In this document: in pieces, positions 12,683 through 26,056 of the stretch
How the letters are laid out: each line of letters begins with the position of its first letter
Position numbering within the stretch: position 1 is the stretch's first letter
Source of the DNA: Nemertoderma westbladi
Lineage: Eukaryota; Animalia; Xenacoelomorpha
Direction: 5' to 3'
DNA length: 64,000 nt
Assembly: GCA_032718475.1 (NCBI GenBank)
Contig: JAUCBJ010002660.1
Location: 1,719 to 65,718 of the forward strand
Notes under the pieces: generated by a model
What the model was told of the DNA's origin: nothing
The model's input: only the letters and a program-made list of their open reading frames with translations
Database searches by the model: none
Made by a program: the position numbers and the translations under genes

Positions 12683-13270
12683 GTAGCTAGTGTTTTTGTT
12701 TTAGGTAGGTTTAGCTAGTAATTTCGACACTGGTTCCGACATCCTACTTCCCTCTATAATTATTTTGTAGTAGCTAGTTCTTATTACTATTTGTATAGAA
12801 AATGATCCAGAACATGTTACCGTAGCTATTAATTTTTTTAAAAAGTTATGTTCTAGAACAAATATTTTTTGTTCTAGAACATTTTTTATAAAAAAATCTG
12901 GATTCTATTTAAAACGCATGGAATCATTCTAAAACGTGTTTAAAATCAATAAAAAAATTGTGAAAAAAAAATATTGTAAATAAAATTTTTTGAAAAAAAT
13001 TTTGAATTTTTTTTTTGATTTTAAGCACGTTGTAAAACGATTTCATGCGTTTTATAATAGAATCTATATTTTTTTCTAAAAAATGTTCTAGAACCAAAAA
13101 CATTCGTTCTAGAACTGCTTTTTTCTTAAAATGAATAGCTAACATGTTCTGGAACATTTTCTATACAAATAGTAATAAAAACTACCTACTACAAAATATT
13201 TATAGAGGGAAGTAGGATGTCGGAACCAGTGTTGAAATTACTAGCTAAACCTACCTAAAACACTAGCTAC
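12683..13270. mobile_element. Foldback/MITE-like element with ~140-bp terminal inverted repeats
   Basis: gtagctagtg...ttaggtaggtttagctagtaatttc...cactggttccgacatcctacttccctctataa...ccagaacatgtta (12683-12820) is the reverse complement of ~13140-13270; AT-rich core; no TSD seen. Confidence 0.75.
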
Positions 13271-13339
13271 ACCCAGCCACCGGCTATGAAAAGGGCCCGA
13301 TTCCCTCAGTTTTCTGGTAGGTGCTAAAATGAATAACGA

Positions 13340-14302
13340 TCAACAATGACCAACACCGAGCAACAAATGAGCAACAATGAGCAACAACGAGTAACAATGA
13401 CCAACAACGAGCAACAACGAGCAACAGTGAGCAACAATGACAAACATTGAGCAACAACGAGCAACAAAGAGCAACAATGAGCAACAACGAGCAACAATTA
13501 CCAACACCGAGCAACAATTGAGCAACAACGAGTAACCATAACCAACAATGAGCTACATCGAGCAAAAATGAGCAACAACGAGCAACAAAGAGCAACATTG
13601 AGTAACAACGAGCAGTAATGAAGTACAACAACGAGCAACAATTAGCAACAACGAGCAACAATGACCAACAACGAGCAGTAATGAAGTACAACAACGAGCA
13701 ATAGTGAGCAACAACGAGCAACAACGAGCAACAGTGAGCAACAACGAGCAACAAAGAGCAACAGTGAGCAACAATGACAAACATTGAGCAACAACGAGCA
13801 ACAAAGAGCAACAATGAGCAACAACGAGCAACAAAGAGCAACAATGAGCAACAACGAGCAACAATTACCAACACCGAGCAACAATTGAGCAACAACGAGT
13901 AACCATAACCAACAATGAGCTACATCGAGCAAAAATGAGCAACAACGAGCAACAAAGAGCAACATTGAGTAACAACGAGCAGTAATGAAGTACAACAACG
14001 AGCAACAATTAGCAACAACGAGCAACAATGACCAACAACGAGCAGTAATGAAGTACAACAACGAGCAATAGTGAGCAACAACGAGCCACAATGACCAACA
14101 ATAAACAACAGCGAGAAACAATGAGCAACAAAGAGCAAAAATAAAGTAAAACAACGAGCAACAATGAGCAACAACGAGCAAGAATGAGCGCAACAACAAG
14201 CAATAATGAGCGCAACAACGAGCAACAATGAGCAACAAAGAGCAATAATGAGCAACAACGAGCAAGAAAGAGCAATAATAAAGTACAACAACGAGCAACA
14301 AT
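13340..14302. repeat. Degenerate ~10-bp minisatellite (agcaacaacg) with a ~367-bp block duplication
   Basis: Period-10 A/C-rich array; marker agctacatcg at 13551 and 13918. Confidence 0.92.
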
Positions 14303-14687
14303 GAATGGTTGAATAATTGGTTGCCTGGTAACGTCATCATGGTTACCATTCCATGAATATAAAGTCGATTATTAGTTACATATTTGCCCGTAAAATTTTT
14401 AGAAATATTCGAGCTTGCTACTGTATAACCATGTGACCAGTTTTCCAAAACCTAGTCCTCCAAAATCAAACTCAGTCTACTTTGCCTTGTAGTGCAGTCC
14501 TTCATTATTTACATGTTCAGTTCACCATCACACTTTAACTAACTAATTCAAAAAACCAATTATATTTCTTGGAATTATTTACCAAAGTCGTTGAATCAAT
14601 TCATTGACTCTTTCTATGGGAACTCCTTTGGGTTGAGCCAGTGGACGTGGGATACCCACAGTGGCATTGCGCTTCAATAAGTTGACT

Positions 14688-15603
14688 CCACACAGCCACA
14701 TATCCTTCCCACAGCCACATATCCTCCCCACACAGCCACATATCCTCTCCACACAGCCACATATCCTCCCCACACAGCCACATATCCTCCCCACACAGCC
14801 ACATATCTTCCCCACTGTCACATATCCTCCCCACACAGCCACATATCTTCCCCAGTCACATATCTTCCCCACACAGCCACATATCCTCCCACACAGCCAC
14901 ATATCCTCCCCACACAGCCACATATCTTCCCCACAGTCACATATTTTCCCCACACTGCCACATATCTTCCCCACACAGCCACATATCCTCCCCACACAAC
15001 CACATCCTCCCCACACAGCCACATATCCTCCCCACACAGCCACATATCTTCCCCACAGTCACATCCTCCCCACACAGCCACATATCCTCTCCACACAGCC
15101 ACATATCCTCCCCACACAGCCACATATCCTCTCCACACAGCCACATATCCTCCCCACACAGCCACATATCCTCCCCACACAGCCAAATATCTTCCCCACA
15201 GTCACATATCCTCCCCACACAGCCACATATCTTCCCCACAGTCACATATCTTCCCCACACAGCCACATATCCTCCCACACAGCCACATATCCTCCCCACA
15301 CAGCCACATATCTTCCCCACAGTCACATATCTTCCCCACACTGCCACATATCTTCCCCACACAGCCACATATCCTCCCCACACAGCCACATCCTCCCCAC
15401 ACAGCCACATATCCTCCCCACACAGCCACATATCTTCCCCACAGTCACATCCTCCCCATACAGCCACATATCTTCCCCACAGCCACATATCCTCCCCACA
15501 CAGCCACAAATCCTCTCTACACAACCACATATCCTCCCCACACAGCCACTATCCTCCCCACAGCCACATATCCTCCACACAGCCACAAATCCTCCCCACA
15601 GCC
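14688..15603. repeat. ~21-bp minisatellite (ccacacagccacatatcctcc)
   Basis: Tandem 19-21-bp units; overlapping ORFs are translations of the repeat. Confidence 0.95.
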
Positions 15604-16624
15604 CACCGTCACCTGAACTAAAACACGACCTCCGATATCCTCATCCAAGTTGAAGCCGTAAAACGTGTCTTCCAGTTCCATTGGCTTTGTATATTCCTAA
15701 TCGACTGAATTGAGATTCTATAGAGTCCGTAATAAGTATAAAATCTTTCCTAGTGTATTTTGCCCACATGTAAATGCGAACAAACTGAAATTCCCGCCAA
15801 TATCTAAGCATAAGTAATAGGAAATAACACTATTATATTATAAGCTTTTCTAAGGAAAAACACCCTACCTTTAAAATGTAAGGTAAACTGAATAAAAGTG
15901 TTACTAAGGCAAAATACCCTATGTATGTACCAGATTTTAGATGTAGGGTATATATTGCCTTTAAATGACAGGGCTGAGGATCAAGCAGAGGGTGTTTTAA
16001 ACTCGCAAAAAATGACTTTCTTGCATATAAACCATGGTATTTCTTGGTTTCATTTGAAAGATTAAATTAGGATCCTTAAATTAGGCCGGTCTGTACAATA
16101 AAAACAATTGCAAAAATTTTGAGATCTAGGGCATTCTGCGGCAGTATAGACTGTGACTAATTTTCGTCTAGATTGTGTCTAGCCAGATTTTTACGGTAGA
16201 TTTTTGTATATTATTTTTGGATTATTTTTCAAAATTACGAGGCTTACTTTGGTCCCTAACGGACCCAAAGCACCCCTCACCCGGTTTCTCTTTTTCCTCT
16301 TCCAAGAGGTATTTCATTGGTGTTACGCTCAGTACATTATTTTTACCAAAAGTAAGACAATAATACCTGGAAAATAGAAATCACTGTGTTTTTGAACTAT
16401 AGTGGAAAGGCTATTAAGTCCGTAAAGTCCAAACCATTCATTGTGTTTGTGTGTTTATGCGTTTCTATGCGTGTGTTTATGCGAGCTATTTTGAGGCAGT
16501 CATTATCACAGAGAAACCAAAACAATAATCGAGTTGTGTTCGCACTTGGAAAACTTTTATAGATATATTTTAAAGCCGTTTAGGAGCTTGCCGTGTCTTG
16601 GGCACGAGACATCGTTTACAAGTA

Positions 16625-17427
16625 CACCATGTCCTGGAATATAGTGTCGTAATTCAGTGACACGCCCCCCCCCCCCCCCCCCCCCCCTAATTTTTCTACA
16701 AATCTTAATGTGATAGCATGAAATTTGAAACAGAGATAGTTTCACCTCCCGACCACTGACTGGGTGAGCCAGAATTATTAATTTTGCTTTCAATCTTTAG
16801 CTACAAGCGTATGAAAAAGGTGTCTCCGGTGATATTTCACCAGTTACACTCCAGTTATTCTTCAACCTTAGAGTGATTTGTTGGTACTGAAGGAAAGCTG
16901 GCCATGTGAGGATTCCAAATATGTAACATAATCTGAATTTGGTTGGGAAACTAGCCGAGATATGAGCGTTCAAAAGTTGCATGGTTTTGCATCTGCATGA
17001 GGCTATTTTATTCTATTAAATAAAAATACCATATTCTAGAACATTTTGTTTATTTATGAATAGCTCCGTAATAGTATAATTAAAGAGGTATTCGAATGCC
17101 CATATCTCAGGTGTTTCCCAACCAAATTCAAATATTTTTACATATTTGGAATCCTTGCATGGGCAACTTTCTATTGGCACCATCAAATCATTATAATGTT
17201 GAAAAATGATGGCACTGTGACCTGTGAAATATCACCGGAGACACCTTTTTCAAATACTTGTAGCTAAAGATAGAAAGCAAAAATAAAAATTCTGGCTCAC
17301 CCACGGAGGAGGAGGGAGGTGAAACTATCTGTTTCAAATTTCAGGCAATCTCATTAAGATTTGTAGAAAATTTTGGGGGGAGGGGGCCATGTACCTGAAT
17401 AACGACACTATATTCCAGGACATGGTG
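16625..17427. mobile_element. Long-TIR MITE with TA TSD (Tc1/mariner-like, tentative)
   Basis: ta|caccatgtcctggaatatagtgtcgt ... acgacactatattccaggacatggtg|ta; imperfect ~340-bp inverted arms (16625-16973 vs 17091-17427); a piece of the same TIR recurs at ~22087-22105. Confidence 0.8.
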
Positions 17428-18280
17428 TAGTAAAGGTAGTACGATTGTATTCCATGGCTTAAGATTCGAGGTCGAGGTTGTTAAAAACATGGAGTGCACA
17501 ATATAGAATCATTAATTTCAAGTTTCAAATGGGCTACATTCAAGTTATAGCCCACTCGAATAAACGCCCCCTTCCTCTTGTTTAAAAACAACTAGGAAAT
17601 AAGCTGCTAATCCTATGTTATGACAATACCTATAATAAGTTTGGTGTATGTAGGCAGCCGATATGTTATTGATTTACGTAAAGGTATAAAAATAAATCAG
17701 TATTGGAGACAGGAGTGGGGGGGGGGGGGGGGCTTAACGCTAATCCCATCTCGGTTAATTAATCAATGTTCAATTATCAATTAAGAGATAGAAATGAGCA
17801 GGTTACAGTGGTATGTTATTCTAACCAAAACAATAAACGAAAGTCAATAGTTATTTTTGAGAGTAATCGGCTGTGATTTGCGCCGATTTTCCCCTGTAAT
17901 GTGTTGTCTCCAGCTGATATTTAGGTCTCCCCTTAGTAGTCTTGTGTCAGTTATCACGTCTCAACCCCCATCCCCGCGTATAAAAGTAAAATCGGTATAC
18001 AATAAATACACAATACATATAATATTTTATCAAAGTTAATAACAAACACAAATTAATTTTAAATAAAATATACTTTATTCCAAAATGTATCACATTAAAC
18101 CAATACCATTACAGGTATAATGTGTGTCTACGCGTCTAATCTTAATTAACTGATGACTATGCCAAACAAATAAACATTGTTCAGTTATTTACTATCCAAC
18201 CATTCCAAACACAATTAATTCATTATCCTTATGATATTTCCACAACAAGTGCCCTGGTAGTACATGGGCCAAGAATCCCA

Positions 18281-18919
18281 TTTTGGTAACCACCTGTAAC
18301 TTATATTTTTGGGAAGACCTATTCAATCTTCTGGCCATTCATTTAGATATGATAACAAATCTGAATCGGAGTTGACTTGGTGTTATCACCGGTTGTCATG
18401 GAAATGCTAAAATAACAAACAGGCTGTAGTAGTCAAGAACTCAATATAAATTCTTCGCGTCTTCTGACAAAGATAGCTACTGGTCTTACAATTCTAAATG
18501 TGTCATAAAATTCTAGAACAATATCATTATTTAAAAACAAGTGCCACATTTTATTTAATATTGTTTTTATTTTTTAAACTTGTTTTGTTATAACGGTAAT
18601 ATTGATATATATTATAATGATGAAAAAGAAAAATATTTCACACATGGGTATATCTTTGGAACCATATTATATCACCGTTTTTTGACACATTTTATGACAC
18701 ATTTAGAATTGTAAGACCAGTAGCTATCTTTGTCAGAAGACGCGAATAATTTATATTGAGTTCTTGACTACTACAGCCTGTTTGTTATTTTAGCATTTCC
18801 ATGACAACCGGTGATAACACCAAGTCAACTCCGATTCAGATTTGTTATCATATCAAAATGAATGGCCAGAAGATTGAATAGGTCTTCCCAAAAATATAAG
18901 TTACAGGTGATTACCAAAA
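18281..18919. repeat. Near-perfect 230-bp inverted repeat (foldback) with ~180-bp spacer
   Basis: 18281-18510 is the reverse complement of 18690-18919, with 3 mismatches found by eye. Confidence 0.92.
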
Positions 18920-19313
18920 AGTATTCCCTATGCTGGCTGACCTATAGCTAGTTTCCATGGGTGCGGTCTCGTAATGTTACAATTTTGGAATAAAATTATA
19001 TTATCATACTGATTGATTTACCTGTGCTTATCCTCGTATCTTGATTAGTACTCAATCACTATGTTCGTCCATTTAACAAACCATCAGCACAATGTAAAGT
19101 GTTACTTGATACACAATATTGTTAGTAAGTTTACCTATTTATTACAATAAGAATTAAGAAACATGTATAAAATAATTATAATATAAGAAGAAAAAAACAG
19201 GTAATGATTATGGAACTGCATTGCTATTTGCTATTTCATCAGTTTAATTATTAGATGTAGGTAAATCCGGCTTTACTAAGCTCGTAAAAAACATTTAGTA
19301 GATGCAGAAATAA

Positions 19314-20174
19314 TTAAAGCGTCTTAATTCCACCGCAGAAACGTTCGGCAATAGTGTAGACAATTCCATCGGACGGCAATGGCGACCTAATAAAAGGGGA
19401 CAACCACACGAGCTGCCAGCGAGAACCAAACATCTCCTCAATATTTAACCTCCAGCCCAAGTTATAAACGCGAATACAGTCGCGGCGTTCCTTGGCTGTC
19501 TGGCCATCCCGTAACTGCGGTAGTTGGATAGCCAACAGATATACGCAGAATAAAATAGTTAGCAGAACGAGGAGATTGGTGAATCCGAGCAGGAGGTTAC
19601 TGCCGGAAGCAAGACCGAACATCCAGGATAACAGAGGTAGAAGCATAGTGAACACAGTGCGAACGGAGAACCCACCCATATCCCCCCAAACGTAGTCCCA
19701 GTGTAGTACACTGGCGTAGATTGCGGCTATCAGCGTGTATATTAATAGCATCATAAAGTATCTGTGATTGTTGAGTCCGATGCAGCAACCGGAGAATAAA
19801 CAGTGGTGGTCGCGTCGCACGATGCATACGTTACAGGATATGCAATGGTACGAGCGCGGCGGTCCGTTCTCCTGACAGTAGTAGCAGTAATGCCATCCAG
19901 GTTTCAGTACAAAAGGTAAGGCTAAGTGTTTAGTAGTGACATCAGTCGCGATTACTTTGTAGAAGTTCCCTAGGATGTTGAATAAAATGAAACCTGCTGC
20001 TCCTATGTGCAGGTACACAATGTACTGGTACTCGCTATTGGGGTAAATTGAGGGCAATACAAATTTGATTTCGAAAAACGCGACTGAGAAAACTCCGCAT
20101 ATAAATGTTAAGAACCCAAGTCTATCGCTCACTTGTCGACTCTGCATGAAGAAAAATAAGTTGGTTGATTTCAT
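19314..20174 (-). CDS. ZDHHC24: DHHC palmitoyltransferase, ZDHHC24-like (uninterrupted ORF)
   Basis: DHHC cysteine-rich domain WHYCYYCQENGPPRSYHCISCNVCIVRRDHHCLFSGCCIGLNNHRYF, flanking hydrophobic helices, GQT..E, YNLGW..N and WLSPF..SPLPSDG motifs. First ATG is at 20174 (the track start at 20189 is TTG). Subfamily assignment is from memory. Confidence 0.85.
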   Translation of the reverse strand: MKSTNLFFFMQSRQVSDRLGFLTFICGVFSVAFFEIKFVLPSIYPNSEYQYIVYLHIGAAGFILFNILGNFYKVIATDVTTKHLALPFVLKPGWHYCYYCQENGPPRSYHCISCNVCIVRRDHHCLFSGCCIGLNNHRYFMMLLIYTLIAAIYASVLHWDYVWGDMGGFSVRTVFTMLLPLLSWMFGLASGSNLLLGFTNLLVLLTILFCVYLLAIQLPQLRDGQTAKERRDCIRVYNLGWRLNIEEMFGSRWQLVWLSPFIRSPLPSDGIVYTIAERFCGGIKTL

Positions 20175-20963
20175 CTCTCTGCTTCTCAAGCTCTCACCTC
20201 ACAGTCTGACAGTATCCTATCAGGTTACCGGTAATGCGGTATGCGGTAGGCAGTAGGATAACACAGTAACAGTTTCTAGAGATATAGCTGATATGTATGT
20301 ATGTATGTATGTTTAATATTGACGAACTGAAAACAAAAATAAATACCAAAAGCACAGTTCTGACTAGAGGGTCGTCCAATAGAAAATATATAATTACAAT
20401 ACAGTAAATAATAATGGCGCCTAGGAACAAAGAAATATACAACATGCAATATAAATATAATATAAATAGGTCTTAATTCAAATCACTGCAAATTAATGTC
20501 AATGGATTAACGAAAAATAAATATTTACATATACTATGATTCAATGGTAGTAAACTGGCCACTAGTTACGGCATACAGCATACAGCACCAGCCAGAATAG
20601 AACACGTTCGTTAGGCCTTCGCGCAGCACGAGGCCCAGTTATGAGATACAAATTGAAATTGAGCGACTGTATCACAAAATCAGTATTTGAGAAATTCACC
20701 CACACCACCAATCAATCAAAGAAAGGGGGGCAGGGCAGTACGTACGAAAGGGAAGTAGTTTTTACACGTAAATTACTCAATGTCGATTTTTTGCAGTAAA
20801 ATGGTGTCATTTTGACCGTTTTATGTAGTTTATGTAGTCTGATTAGAGAACGGTTTTATGTTTTTATTTTTTATCTCTCAAATGTAAATATAATGGCCCC
20901 TATAAGTGCCGTGCGCCTAGGTGTTCATTCCCCTCTTCTAATTACTTTTTATTTATAACATAT

Positions 20964-23562
20964 GTCATGACCTACTTAGATACGACCCGCCAAGCTGCTG
21001 CAAAGCCCCTAAATTTAGTGGGCCAGTTATTTCTCTTATATAGTACCCCTGAAAGCTGAAACAATAGGTCTAGCGCGTTGAAAGTACTTGTCCCTACTGT
21101 AACTAAAATTATGTCCTCTTTCAGATGAGACAAATAAAAAGTTAATAGCTCCAGTAGTATTAGAGATATGAGGAGTTCCTGGCACCCATACCATTTCGGA
21201 ACCTTTCGGAATTGATAAAATTACACAAAATACATCACCCTACAAAGACTTTGGTATAACCATGAAACCATACTATTCTTTTTTGGTTTGTTGAATTCAT
21301 TATTAGTAATTAATACGTAAGTATTAGTAAGATTAGAAGCAAAATTTTTTCATTTTTTTATCAATATATACTAAAAGAGCACCAAAATTGTAAGTAGCAC
21401 TTCTTTCAAACGTGGTAAATTGGCCATACAGTTTGGCTACTGAGGTTTTAGAATGTGCTGATTTCATTGGGAAGGTTTATTCCTCTACATCAAACATATC
21501 GAAGAGTTGTGTAATATAACAACATAGGCATGTTGTTATATTAGTTATTAGTCAGCTATTTGTGCCCCTGGAGCGCGAAAAAACAAGTAGTGGAAATATG
21601 ATAATGAAAAGTCACCACAAAATCAAATTGATTTTATGACCATATAGGTTCTTTGGGATGCTGATCACGAATATGACACTGAAAAATATCGTACCTTGTT
21701 GATTACGGCTTTTTTTTAGATACTTGCCAATGTAAGGCACGAAAAATCCCACCAGACAAACACGAAAAACGATAGTTGCATTACCACGAATTATTTTTAA
21801 CGCGTTGTATCGTGATTAGCGACCTTGAAAACCAGTTTAGTTTCAGAATTACCAAACCAAAGGCAAAATTTAACAGTTTCAAATTTTTGCTACTTGTACT
21901 TTTCGTTTTGGAGCACCAAAATGGCACCAAAATTGGGTTTGCACATACCAGAAATATTTATAACTACTTTCATCGCGATCAGCTACCTCGAAAACCCGTA
22001 ATATGAATCTCTTGTTGCATATCAAACACATAAACACCCAGTAGAAGAATAGAGTAAAATAAAGTATCACTTCCTCAAATCATTAAACGACACTATATTC
22101 CAGGATAGTTAATTTATAATAATTCCCTTAAATAATATCAGTTCCTCATTAGATTGAAGTCGTATATTATTAATTTATCTCAGCATATCTATTATGTATC
22201 AATTACCTTTGTCTATTAAATCCAAGACAGTAAGAACGAACACTGTTAAGGTGGCCCCGCATATTGTCTTATTTGAGATCCTCCGAAAGGGCCAATATGT
22301 CTTCGGGTATTCAGATAGGAGTCCCGGTGGTTTAGGCAGAAGAATACACCTAGCATGATGATTCTTAAAAGAATAACCGTACCCTCCAACCCCAAGTCAA
22401 GCAGTAGCTTCATCTCTAGATCAAATAAAGAACTAATTTTACTCTCCTTCATGAATTTCGATATACGATGGACGGTATATTCTTTTTACTGGCGGTCTCC
22501 GAGGAATTTGAGGCATTTATAGCACAATGAAGTCGGAACCTACTCCGGCATTACGGGTTTACTGAATATATCGCCCGTCGAAATGTACAAATGTTAGTGG
22601 TAGGCCCTGGCTGCCTGGTGTCATCTGATCTATAAAAAAAGCCCTGACTAGTCGAACTAAGTGCCACTGTAGACCGAGCGAGCGAGCGTCATCCATCTGT
22701 CTATACACACAGCACTTTCCAACTATAACTGCTACGGCCTCCCCTCCATACAGATTCAGATACTATGTCCAGATTAGATTAGGCCCCCGTGCCCGTGGCT
22801 ACCAGCCCGTGTAGAGAGAGGTGATAATAAATGGTCAAATAAATACAGGTAATCAGGTAATGTAATAATGATAAGGCATTGATGCCTAACACAGTAACAG
22901 CATAATGCAGTCAGCACTATCAGCAGTAATGTAATGCCTAATGCAGTAGTGCAGTGCAATGCAAATACCACATACTGAATAATTCACTACATTACCGCAC
23001 CAGTACCAGAGTACTGCAGTACTGAATTAGAAGTGCACTGGCTGGCACTTAGAATTTTCGACTGAAACATTGGCCATTTTTCTAAATACCACAATTTTAT
23101 AAACCTTGCCAATGAAATCAGCACATTCTAAAACCTCAGTAGCCAAACTATAAGGCCAAATTACCACATTTGGCTATTTGAAAATTTCTAGCTACTTGTA
23201 ATTTTGGTGCTCTTTTAGTGTCTATTATAAAATAAACAATGAAGATTTTATTCTAATTTCGCTTTCGATTACTAATAATTAATTCGACTAACCAAAAAAA
23301 GCATAATATGGTTTAATGGTGATACCAAAGTCTTCAAGGGTAATGCTTGTATTTTGAGTAATTTGATCAATTCCGAAAACTACTGGAGCTATTACATTTT
23401 TATTTGTCTCGTATGAAAGAGGACATAATTTTAGTTAGGGACACCTACAATCGACGCGCTAGACGTATTGTTTCAGGGGTTGTATCTAAGATAAATAACT
23501 GGCCCACTAAATTTTGGGGCTTTGCAGCAGCTTGGCGGGTCGTATCTATAGTAGGTCATGAC
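20964..23562. repeat. Pair of ~500-bp diverged inverted repeats enclosing ~1.6 kb (possible foldback transposon)
   Basis: gtcatgacctac..tagatacgacccgccaagctgctgcaaagcccc...(20964-~21480) matches the reverse complement of ~23097-23562; no TSD found. Confidence 0.7.
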
Positions 23563-25099
23563 GCATCGTATGCCGATGTAGTAATATGGGTATTGAAATA
23601 ATAATACATTAATGTACGCTCTTAAAGCTGCAGCGAAAAAATGTAGCTAATTTCCTAGGTGGGATAAATATTTCTCCATTTGACGCAACACCACCGCGGC
23701 CGCTATGAGGGAGGTGAATACCGCGGCCGCTCCTAAAGCCGCAGGCCATCGCTAACTATATAGGTTAACTTGGGATTCTGGGGGACTTTTCGATGAAGGA
23801 ACTGACCAATTTTTTTATTTTCGCACCAGGGGTGCGGCTCGGAATTCTAAGATATTAGCAACTCTAACATTAACAAATCTATCCCCTCGACAGACACGGC
23901 GGACAAAAAACCGTCATTTTTTCGACTTTTTTAAAATTTTTTTGAAAGGCGCTCTACAGTGGCTCGAAAAAACCCTAGGTTATTGCTTAGCCGACGCCGG
24001 GATACGATAGAAGGGATTAATTGGTGAATTCGTTTTTTTTTTCAAAAAAGATTACCACGCCTTTTTCCCGAAATTGTCCGTCAAAGTTGAAAAAACGGAC
24101 AAAATGACTTTGCAGGATCCGCTATAACTCGGCTAATATTAATCGTACGGGGACGAAAGTAACGCCGTTGTAAAGGGGAAGAGTGCTACTACCTTCGTAT
24201 CGAATGGGGGTAAGATATTTATTAAAATTTCGGGTGGAAAAAGGGGCCGTAAATTTGTACGTTTTTGTCCGTCTTTTTTGGAACACTTATTTCCGAAATG
24301 TTTAATTCGACAACCCGGGTAGGAATCCACTAATTCTTTTATGAAACTCGTAGAAGACCATTGGGGCTACGTTCCTATCGAATGGGGGTACAAAAAATAT
24401 GTCGGCAATAGGGGCCAAAAAGGGCCCGAATTTGTAAAGTAGTTTTTATCGAATATTTTTTTATTTTTAACTTTAGTTGGTTAAGGTACATTCTATGCGG
24501 TCAATATCGATACGGGGAATTCAAATATGCTATCGGTTTTGCTCCAAGGATGATATTAAAGAAATGAGGGCCAAAATTATAATTTCGCGCTTCAAACTTG
24601 CTTCGCGGGAAATCGTCTAGCTCGAAAACTACTTAACTTACGGGAGATTTGTTTACACAGACTTATATTGCGTTAAATTATCTATCTAACAGCGTTAATT
24701 ACAGCGCCGGAGGTATTATAAAACTGGAGCGGCAGACGATCGTGTGAAATATAATATTTATAAAAAGGGACGAAAAAAATTTTTTTTTTAACAAATCGCT
24801 ACTCCATTATAATTTAGCGTATAGCGCCAAAAATACCTGTAAAAAGTGTCAAATTAACTCCGCTATCTTTTATCTTAACATATATAATTAAAATTACGAA
24901 TTTTAAGGGTCGAAAAATATCGCGTTATTTTGGCCCTTTTTTTAATTTTTTTGGGGCCAAAAATATCCCCTTCTCAAAAGATTAAGAAAAAAATTACGGC
25001 AAAGAATATACCAATTTTATTGAATTTGGACCACCAGAACCGAAGTTAGAGCGATTTTAGTGAAAAAATAAAAGTAATTTTTTTGCAAAAAATTAAGAA

Positions 25100-25173
25100 T
25101 GGTCAATATTGGATTTCGAACCCGCGAACTTAGGTTTCATTAACGTTATTGATAACCACTAGACTATGTGATC
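25100..25173 (-). pseudogene. Degenerate tRNA-derived sequence (possible SINE head or tRNA pseudogene)
   Basis: Minus strand cacaTAGTCTAGTGGTTA (A-box-like) ... GGGTTCGAAATCC (B-box-like) at tRNA-like spacing; acceptor and anticodon stems pair poorly. Confidence 0.4.
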
Positions 25174-25549
25174 AAGTGAATTTGAAATTTTCGAGTGACT
25201 ATTTTAAAACATCAATAACTTCGGTTCTACTGGGCCGTTTGATCTGAAACTTTTTTCATTGGATAGAGGATAGATTGTAGTGTGTGAAATAGGATAAAAC
25301 TTGGGAAAAGACTTATGTGCACTTTGTGCAAAATGCACTTAAATAGTGAACATTTTTTCGATATTTCAAACACTATTATTTCCAGTTCTATTCATCGTAG
25401 AATGTTATTTTTTGGATTAAAATATAGTTTGGAATGATTTCTAACTATAATCGTAACATTTTATATCTTTATATTATATCTGTATATAGATTAACTCTGC
25501 CATTAAAAAATTCTTCAATCGTATTAGTGAACCACGATCACCCCCTATA

Positions 25550-26056
25550 ACTACAGTACCCAAACGGAGTGTTTTGATCTGCCTTCCTTTTACCGGCCAC
25601 CACGGCGCGCTTGTAAAGAAACGTCTGTTACGCCTTTTCCGACAGAGTCTTTCTCACTTGGATTTAAAAGTTGTCTTCCAAACCAGCTGTAGGCTATCCT
25701 CCCTTTTCCCGTACAAGGATCAGATTCCTGAACACATACGGTCGGGTGTTGTGTACCATTATAATTGTGGAAGCTGCGATGCTTCTTACGTTGGACGCAC
25801 TGTACGCCACCTGGCTAAACGTGTTGAGGAACACACTGGCTTTTTGTACAACTCCGGAAAATTCTCCCGTCCAAAAAATTCTTCTATCTTTGAACACTCC
25901 TCCACCGCCGATCATCCCACGTTAAAAGAAAATTTCAGCATCTTATCAACATCCCGTAACTTGCGCGAACTTCTCATTAAAGAGACTTTATTCATTAGGA
26001 AACTTCGCCCCAGTCTAAATGACCAAACCACTTCCACTTTCCTTTCCCTACTGTAG
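25550..26056 (+). mobile_element. Penelope-like element 3' fragment (GIY-YIG endonuclease domain)
   Basis: LPFTG...KDQIP...SGVVYHYNCGSCDASYVGRTVRHLAKRVEEH...IFEH....H...NFSIL...IKETLFIRKLRPSLN is the typical PLE GIY-YIG C-terminus; RT absent. Confidence 0.88.

Noticed and set aside
13284-15653. Cys/Leu-rich and His/Pro-rich ORFs
   Set aside because: Translations of the 10-bp and 21-bp minisatellites.
23623-23640. ttaaagctgca resembling a Kolobok terminus
   Set aside because: No matching opposite terminus found.
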